This document shows positions 54,101 through 64,000 of a stretch of DNA of 64,000 nucleotides, piece after piece. The position numbers and the translations under genes were made by a program. The notes below the pieces were generated by a model that worked only from the letters and a program-made list of their open reading frames with translations, did not search any database and had not been told where the DNA came from. The number at the start of each line of letters is the position of its first letter. Position 1 is the first letter of the stretch. Source of the stretch: Eledone cirrhosa (lineage: Eukaryota); assembly GCA_964016885.1 (NCBI GenBank), contig OZ024748.1:35960001-36024000 (forward strand), in the 5' to 3' direction.

Positions 54101-57100
54101 ACTAATACGTTATACTATAAAGGAGTAAAGTTAGTTACTAATACATTACACTATAAGGTAGTTTTAAAGTTAGTTAGTAATACATTATACTCTAAAGGAG
54201 TACTAAAGTTGGTTACTAATACATTATAAAGGAGTAAAGTTAGTTACTAATACATAATTCTATAAAGGAGTAAAGTTAGTTACTAATACATTACACTATA
54301 AAGGAGTAATAATGTTACTTAATAATACATTGCACTATAAAGGAGTACTAAAGTTAGTTACTAATACATTATAATATAAAGGAGTAATAAAGCTAGTTAC
54401 TAATACATTATACTATAAAGCAGTAATAAAGTTAGTTACTTATACATTACACTATAAAAGAGTACTAAAGTTAGTAACTAATACATTATACTATAAAGGA
54501 GTAATAAGGTTAGTAACTAATATATTATACTATAAAGGAGTAAAGTTAGTTACTAATACATTACACTATAAAGGAGTAAAGTTAGTTACTAATATATTAC
54601 ACTATAAAGTAGTAAAGTTAGTTACTAATACATTATACCATAAAGGAGTAAAGTTAGTTACTAATACATTATACTCTAAAGGAGTACTAAAGTTGGTTAC
54701 TAGTACATTATAAAGGAGTAAAGTTACTTACTAATACATTACACTATACAGGAATACTAAAGTTAGTTACTAATACATTACATTATAAAGGAGTACTAAA
54801 GTGAGTTACTAATACATTATACTATAAAGGATTAAAGTTAGTTACTAATGCATTACACTGTAAAGGAGTAAAGTTAGTTACTAATACATTATACTATAAA
54901 GAAGTAAAGTTAGTTACTAATACATTATACTATAAAGGAGTACTAAAGTGAGTTACTAGTACATTAAACTATAAAGGAGTAAAGTTAGTTACTAATACAT
55001 TACACTATAAAGGAGTAATAAAGTTAGTTACTAATACATTATACTATAAAGGAGTACTAAAGTTAGTTACACTATAAAGTTAGTTACACTATAAAGTAGT
55101 AAAGTTAGTTACATTATAAAGGTGTATTAAAGTTAGTTACTAATACATTATACTATAAAGGAGTACTAAATTTAGTTACTAATAAAGGAGTATAGTATAC
55201 TATAAAGGAGTAAAGTTAGTTACTAATACCTGACACTATAAAGGAGTACTTAAGTTAGTTACTAATACATTATACTATAAAGGAGTAATAAAGTTAGATA
55301 CTGATACATTACACAATAAAGGAGTACAACATTTACTAATACATTATACTATAAAGGAGTACTAGAGTTAGTTACTAATACATTATACTATAAAGGATTA
55401 AAGTTAGTTACTAATACATTACACTATAAGGTAGTTTTAAAGTTAGTTGGTAATACATTATACTCTAAAGGAGTACTAAAGTTGGTTACTAATACATTAT
55501 AAAGGAGTAAATTTAGTTACTAATACATAATTCTATAAAGGAGTAAAGTTAGTTACTAATACATTACACTATAAAGGAGTAATAATGTTACTTAATAATA
55601 CATTACACTATAAAGGAGTACTAAAGTTAGTTACTAATACATTATAATATAAAGGAGTACTAAAGCTAGTTACTTATACATTATACTATAAAGCAGTAAT
55701 AAAGTTAGTTACTTATACATTACACTATAAAGGAGTACTAAAGTTAGTTACTAATACATTATACTATAAAGGAGTACTAAAGTTAGTTACTAATACATTA
55801 TACTATAAGGTAGTATTAAAGTTAGTTAGTAATACATTATACTGTAAAGGAGTACTAAAGTTGGTTACTAATACATTATAAAGGAGTAAAGTTACTTACT
55901 AATACATTACACTATATAGGAATACTAAAGTTAGTTATTAATACATTACACTATATAGGAGTACTAAACTTAGTTACTAATACATTACAGTATAAAGGAG
56001 TATTCAAGTTTGTTACTAATACATTATACTATAAAGGAGTAATAAAGTTAGTTACTAATACATTACACTACAAAGGAGTACTAAAGTTAGTTACTAATAC
56101 ATAATTCTATAAAGGAGGAAAGTTAGTTACTAATACATTACACTATAAAGGAGTAATAATGTTACTTAATAATACATTACACTATAAAGGAGTACTAAAG
56201 TTAGTTACTAATACATTATAATATATAGGAGTACTAAAGCTAGTTACTAATACATTATACTATAAAGCAGTAATAAAGTTAGTTACTTATACATTACACT
56301 ATAAAGGAGTACTAAAGTTAGTTACTAATACATTATACTATAAAGGAGTACTCAATTTAGTTACTAATACATTATACTATAAAGGAGTATTAAGTTAGTT
56401 ACTAATACATTACACAACAAAGGAGTACTAAAGTTAATTACCAATACATTATACTATAAAGGATTAAAGTTAGTTACTAATACATTATAATATAAAGGAG
56501 TACTAAAGTTAGTTACTAATACATTATACTATAAAGGAGTACTAATGTTAGTTACTGATACATTATACTAGAAAGCAGTACTAAAGTTAGTTACTAATAC
56601 ATTATACTATAAGGTAGTATTAAAGTTAGTTAGTAATACATTATACTCTAAAGGAGTACTAAAGTTGGTTACCAATACATTATAAAGGAGTAAAGTTACT
56701 TACTAATACATTACACTATGTAGGAATACTAAAGGTAGTTATTAATACATTACACTATAAAGGAGTACTAAACTTAGTTACTAATACATTACAGTATAAA
56801 GGAGTGTTCAAGTTAGTTACTAATACATTATACTATAAAGGAGTAATAAATTTAGTTACTAATACATAATTCTATAAAGGAGTAAAGTTAGTTACTAATA
56901 CATTACACTATAAAGGAGTAATAATGTTATTTAATAATACATTACACTATAAAGGAGTACTAAAGTTAGTTACTAATACATTATAATATAAAGGAGTACT
57001 AAAGCTAGTTACTAATACATTATACTATAAAGCAGTAATAAAGTAAGTTACTTATACATTACACTATAAAGGAGTACTAAAGATAGTTACTAATACATTA

Positions 57101-60100
57101 TACTATAAAGGTGTAATAAGGTTAGTTACTAATACATTACACTATAATGGAGTACTAAAGTTAGTTACTGATACATTATACTATCAAGGAGTACTAAAGT
57201 TAGTAACTAATACATTATTCTATAAAGGAGTAATAAAGTTAGTTACTAATACATTACACTATAAAGGAGTACTAAAGTTAGTTACTAATACATTATACTA
57301 TAAAGGAGTACTAAAGTTAGTTACTGATACATTATACTACAAAGCAGTACTAAAGTTAGTTACTAATACATTATACTATTAGGTAGTATTAAAGTTAGTT
57401 AGTAATACATTATACTCTAAAGGAGTACTAAAGTTGGTTACCAATACATTATAAAGGAGTAAAGTTACTTACTAATACATTACTCTATATAGGAATACTA
57501 AAGTTAGTTATTAATACATTACACTATAAAGGAGTACTAAACTTAGTTACTAATACATTACAGTATAAAGGAGTATTCAAGTTAGTTACTAATACATTAT
57601 ACTATAAAGGAGTAATAAAGTTAGTTACTAATACATTACACTACAAAGGAGTACTAAAGTTAGTTACTAATACATAATTCTATAAAGGAGTAAAGTTAGT
57701 TACTAATACATTACACTATAAAGGAGTAATAATGTTACTTAATAATACATTACACTATAAAGGAGTACTAAACTTAGTTACTAATACATTATAATATAAA
57801 GGAGTACTAAAGCTAGTTACTAATACATTACACTATAAAGCAGTAATAAAGTTAGTTACTTATACATTACACTATAAAGGAGTACTAAAGTTAGTTACTA
57901 ATACATTATACTATAAAGGAGTAATAAGGTTAGTTACTAATACATTACATTATAATGGAGTACTAAAGTTAGTTACTGATGCATTATACTATAAAGGAGT
58001 ACTAAAGTTAGTAACTAATATATTATTCTATAAAGGAGTAATAAAGTTAGTAACTAATACATTACACTATAAAGGAGTACTAAAGTTAGTTACTGATACA
58101 TTATACTATAAAGGAGTAAAGTTCGTTACTAATACATTACACTATATAGGAATACTAAAGTTAGTTACTAATACATTACACTATAAAGGAGTACTAAACT
58201 TAGTTACTAATACATTACAGTATAAAGGAGTATTAAAGTTAGTTACTAATACATTATACTATAAAGGATTAATAAAGTTAGTTACTAATACATTACACTA
58301 CAAAGGAGTACTAAAGTTAGTTACTGATACATTAAACTATAAAGGAGTACTAAAGGTAGTTACTGATACATTACACAATAAAGGTGTACTAAGTTATTTA
58401 CTAATACATTATACTATAGAGGAGTACTAGAGTTAGTTACTAATACATTATACTATAAAGGAGTACTAAGGTGAGTTACTAATACATTATACTATAAAAG
58501 AGTAAAGTTAGTTACTAATACATTACACTATAAAGTGGTATTAAAGTTAGTTAGTAATACATTATACTCTAAAGGAGTACTAAAGTTGTTTACCAATACA
58601 TTATAAAGGAGTAAAGTTACTTACTAATACATTACACTATATAGGAATACTAAAGTTAGTTATTAATACATTACACTATAAAGGAGTACTAAACTTAGTT
58701 ACTAATACATTACAGTATAAAGGAGTATTCAAGTTAGTTACTAATACATTACACTACAAAGGAGTACTAAAGTTAGTTACTAATACATAATTCTATAAAG
58801 GAGTAAAGTTAGTTACTAATACATTACACTATAATGGAGAAATAATGTTACTTAATAATACATTACACTATAAAGGAGTACTAAAGTTAGTTACTAATAC
58901 ATTATAATATAAAGGAGTACTAAAGCTAGTTACTAATACACTATACTATAAAGCAGTAATAAAGTTAGTTACTTATACATTACACTATAAAGGAGTACTA
59001 AAGTTAGTTACTAATACATTATACTATAAAGAAGTAATAAGGTTAGTTACTAATACATTACACTATAATGGAGTACTAAAGTTAGTTATTGATACATTAT
59101 ACTATAAAGGAGTACTAAAGTTAGTAACAAATACATTATTCTATAAAGGAGTAATAAAGTTAGTTACTAATACATTACACTATAAAGGTGTACTAAAGTT
59201 AGTTACTGATACATTATACTATAAAGGAGTAAAGTTCGTTACTAATACATTACACTATATAGGAATACTAAAGTTAGTTACTAATACATTACACTATAAA
59301 GGAGTACTAAACTTAGTTACTAATACATTACAGTATAAAGGAGTATTAAAGTTACTTACTAATACATTATACTATAAAGGAGTAATAAAGTTAGTTACTA
59401 ATACATTACACTACAAAGGAATACTAAAGTTAGTTACTGATACATTAAACTATAAAGGAGTACTAAAGTTAGTTACTCATACATTACATAATAAAGGAGT
59501 ACTAAGTTAGTTACTAATACATTATACTATAAAGGAGTACTAGAGTTAGTTAATGAAATATTACACTATAAAGGGGTACTTAAGTTAGTTACTAATACAT
59601 TACACTATAAAGGAGTAATAAGGTTAGTGACTAATACATTACACTATAATGGAGTACTAAACTTAGTTACTAATACATTACAGTATAAAGGAGTATTAAA
59701 GTTACTTACTAATACATTACACTATAAAGGAGTAATAAGGTTAGTGACTAATACATTACACTATAATGGAGTACTAAAGTTAGTTACTGATACATTATAC
59801 TATAAAGGTGTACTAAAGTTAGTTACCAATACATTATACTATAAAGGAGTAATAAAGTTAGTTACTAATACATTATACTATAAAGGAGTACTAAAGTTAG
59901 TTACTAATACGTTACACAATAAAGGAGTACTAGAGTTAGTTACTAATACATTACACAATAAAGGAGTACTAAAGTTAGTTACTAATACATTATACTATAA
60001 AGGAGTAAAGTTAGTTACTAATACATTATACTATAAAGGAGTACTAAAGTTAGTTACTAATACATTACACTATAAAGCAGTAATAAAGTTAGTTACTAAT

Positions 60101-63100
60101 ACATTACACTACAAAGGAGTACTAAAGTTAGTTACTAATACATTATACTATAAAGGAGTAATAAAGTTAGTTACTAATACATGACACTATAAAGGAATAC
60201 TACAGTTAGTTACTGATACATTAAACTATAAAGGAGTACTAAAGTTAGTTACTCATACATTACATAATAAAGGAGTACTAAGTTAGTTACTAATACATTA
60301 TACTATCAGGGAGTACTAGAGTTAGTTAATGAAATATTACACTATAAAGGAGTACTTAAGTTAGTTACTAATACATTACACTATAAAGGAGTACTAAGGT
60401 GAGTTACTAATACATTATACTATAAAGGAGTAAAGTTAGTTACTAATACATTATACTATAAAGTAGTATTAAAGTTAGTTACTAATACATTATACTATAA
60501 AGGAGTAAAGTTAGTTACTAATACATTACACTATAAGGTAGTTTTAAAGTTAGTTAGTAATACATTATACACTAAAGGAGTACTAACGTTGGTTACTAAT
60601 ACATTATAAATGAGTAAAGTTAGTTACTAATACATGATTCTATAAAGGAGTAAAGTTAGTTAATAATGCATTACACTATAAAGGAGTAATATTGTTACTT
60701 AATAATACATTACACTATAAATGAGTACTAAAGTTAGTTACTAATACATTATAATATAAAGGAGTACTCAAGCTAGTTACTAATACATTATACTATAAAG
60801 GAGTAATAAAGTTAGTTACTAATACATTATACTATAAAGGAGTACTAAAGTTAGTTACTAATACATTACACAATAAAGGAGTACTAGAGTTAGTTACTAA
60901 TACATTATACTATAAAGGAGTAAAGTTAGTTACTAATACATGATACTATAAAGGAGTACTAAGTTAGTTACTAATACATTATACTATAAAGGAGTACTAA
61001 AGTTACTTACTAATACATTATACTATAAAGGAGTACTAAAGTTAGTTACTAATACATTATACTATAAAGGTGTACTAAAGTTAGTGTCTAATACATTACA
61101 CAATAAAGGAGTACTAAAGTTAGTTACTAATACATTATACTATAAAGGAGTAAAGTTAGTTACTAATACATTATACTATAAAGGAGTACTAAAGTTAGTT
61201 ACTAATACATTATACTATAAAGGAGTACTAAAGTTAGTTACTAATACATTATACTATAAAGGAGTACTAAAGTTAGTTACTAATACATTACACAATAAAG
61301 GAGTACTAATGTTAGTTACTGATATATTACACAATAAAGGAGTTCTAAAGTTAGTTACTAATACATTATACTATAAAGGAGTACTAAAGTTAGTTACTGA
61401 TACATTATACTATAAAGGAGTACTAAAGTTAGTTACTAATACATTATACTATAAAGGAGTACTAAAGTTAGTTACTAATATTATTATACTATAAAGGAGT
61501 ACTAAAGTTAGTTACTGATACATTATACTATAAAGGAGTACTAAAGTTAGTTACTAATACATTATTCTATAAAGGAGTAAAGTTAGTTACTAATACAATA
61601 CACTCTAAAGGAGTAAAGTTCGTTACTAATACATTACACTATAAAGGAGTACTTAAGTTAGTTACTAATACATTAAACTATAAAAAGTTAAATTTAGTTA
61701 CTAATACATTACACTATAAAGGAGTACTAAAGTTAGTTACTAATACATTATACTATAAATGAGTACTAAAGTTAGTTACTAATACATTATACTATAAAGG
61801 AGTAAAGTTAGTTACTAATACATTAAACTATAAAAAATTAAATTTAGTTACTAATACATTACACTATAAAGGAGTACTAAAGTTTGTTACTAATACGTTA
61901 TACTATAAATGAGTACTAAAGTTAGTTACTAATATTATTATATTATAAAGGAGTACTAAAGTCAGTTACTAATACATTATACTATAAAGGAATAAAGTTA
62001 GTTACTAATACATTATACTATAAAGGAGTACTAAAGTTAGTTACTAATACATTATACTATAAAGGAGTACTAAAGTTAGTTACTAATACACTATACTATA
62101 AAGGAGTACTAAAGTTAGTTACTGATACATTATACTACAAAGGAGTACTAAAGTTAGTTACTAATACATTATACTATAAAGGAGTACTAAAGTTAGTTAC
62201 TAATACATTACACAATAAAGGAGTACTAAAGTTAGTTACTAATACATTATACTATAAATGAGTAAAGTTAGTTACTAATACATTATACTATAAAGGAGTA
62301 CTAAAGTTAGTTACTAATACGTTATACTATAAAGGAGTAATAAAGTTAGTTACTAATACATTATACTATAAAGGAGTACTAAAGTTAGTTACTGATACAT
62401 TATACTACAAAGGAGTACTAAAGTTATTTACTAATACATTATACTATAAGGAAGTATTAACGTTAGTTAGTAATACATTATACTCTAAAAGAGTACTAAA
62501 GTTGGTTACTAATACATTATAAAGGAGTAAAGTTACTTACTAATACATTACACTATATAGGAATACTAAAGTTAGTTATTAATACATTACACTATAAAGG
62601 AGTACTAAACTTAGTTACTAATACATTACAGTATTAAGGAGTATTCAAGTTATTTACTAATACATTATATTATAAAGGAGTAATAAAGTTAGTTACTAAT
62701 ACATTACACTACAAAGGAGTACTAAAGTTAGTTACTAATACATTATACTATAAAGGAGTAAAGTTAGTTACTAATACATTATACTATAAAGGAGTACTAA
62801 AGTTAGTTACTAACACATTATACTATAAAGGAGTACTAAAGTTAGTTACTAATACATTACACAATAAAGGAGTACTAACGTTAGTTACTGATATATTACA
62901 CAATAAAGGAGTTCTAAAGTTAGTTACTAATACATTATACTATAAAGGAGTACTAAAGTTAGTTACTGATACATTATACTATAAAGGAGTACTAAAGTTA
63001 GTTACTAATACATTATACTATAAAGGAGTACTAAAGTTATTTACTAATATTATTATACTATAAAGGAGTACTAAAGTTAGTTACTGATACATTATACTAT

Positions 63101-64000
63101 AAAGGAGTACTAAAGTTAGTTACTAACACATTATTCTATGAAAAAGTACTTAAGTTAGTTACTAATACATTATACTATAAAGGAGTAAAGTTAGTTACTA
63201 ATACAATACACTCTAAAGGAGTAAAGTTAGTTACTAATACATTACAGTATAAAGGAGTACTTAAGTTAGTTACTAATACATTAAACTATGAAAAATTAAA
63301 TTTAGTTACTAATACATTACACTATAAAGGAGTACTAAAGTTAGTTACTAATACATTATACTATAAATGAGTACTAAAGTTAGTTACTAATACATTATAC
63401 TATAAAGGAGTACTAAAGTTAGTTACTAATATTATTATACTATAAAGGAGTACTAAAGTCAGTTACTAATACATTATACTATAAAGGAGTAAAGTTAGTT
63501 ACTAATACATTATACTATAAAGGAGTACTAAAGTTAGTTACTAATACATTATACTATAAAGGAGTACTAAAGTTAGTTACTAATACATTATACTATAAAG
63601 GAGTACTAAAGTTAGTTACTGATACATTATACTACAAAGGAGTACTAAAGTTAGTTACTAATACATTATACTATAAAGGAGTACTAAAGTTAGTTACTAA
63701 TACATTACACAATAAAGGAGTACTAAAGTTAGTTACTAATACATTATACTATAAAGGAGTAAAGTTTGTTACTAATACATTATACTATAAAGGAGTACTA
63801 AAGTTAGTTACTAATACATTATACTATAAAGGTGTACTAAAGTTAGTGTCTAATACATTACACAATAAAGGAGTACTAAAGTTAGTTACTAATACATTAT
63901 ACTATAAAGGAGTAAAGTTAGTTACTAATACATTATACTATAAAGGAGTACTAAAGTTAGTTACTAATACATTATACTATAAAGGAGTACTAAAGTTAGT
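33179..64000. repeat. 39-bp AT-rich satellite array (>30 kb; 36- and 38-bp variants), continues past window end
   Basis: aatacattatactataaaggagtactaaagttagttact repeated throughout, no foreign insertions seen. Confidence 0.98.

Noticed and set aside
35996-61494. LVTNTLYYKGVLK repeat-protein ORFs in the 39-bp satellite
   Set aside because: Open frame arises from the 39/36-bp period; frequent TGA variants (acatgacac) and 38-bp units break it

Overview
Repeat-dominated eukaryotic (animal) genomic DNA; the SINE families and microsatellite load suggest a cephalopod mollusc such as an octopus (inference). 1-1.43 kb is the 5' end and gag-like ORF1 (CCHC knuckle) of an L1/Tx1-type LINE on the minus strand. 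1.5-11.7 kb is a dense nest of Penelope-like element (PLE) pieces sitting in (TA)n tracts. It holds two GIY-YIG endonuclease fragments (Neptune-like, and a Naiad-like one missed by the ORF track), several fold-back elements carrying a type I hammerhead ribozyme (HHR) on each arm, and a near-identical tandem array of a ~470-bp non-coding unit with one minimal HHR per unit (retrozyme-like, the most notable item). 11.9-23.5 kb is mostly micro/minisatellite with a few short complex islands that may be host exons. Then come a 50-bp satellite (23.55-27.8 kb), a non-autonomous Helitron, SINEs and a mariner remnant (29-33 kb), and a >30-kb 39-bp satellite with higher-order duplications running to the window end. 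Most ORFs in the supplied track are repeat artefacts.
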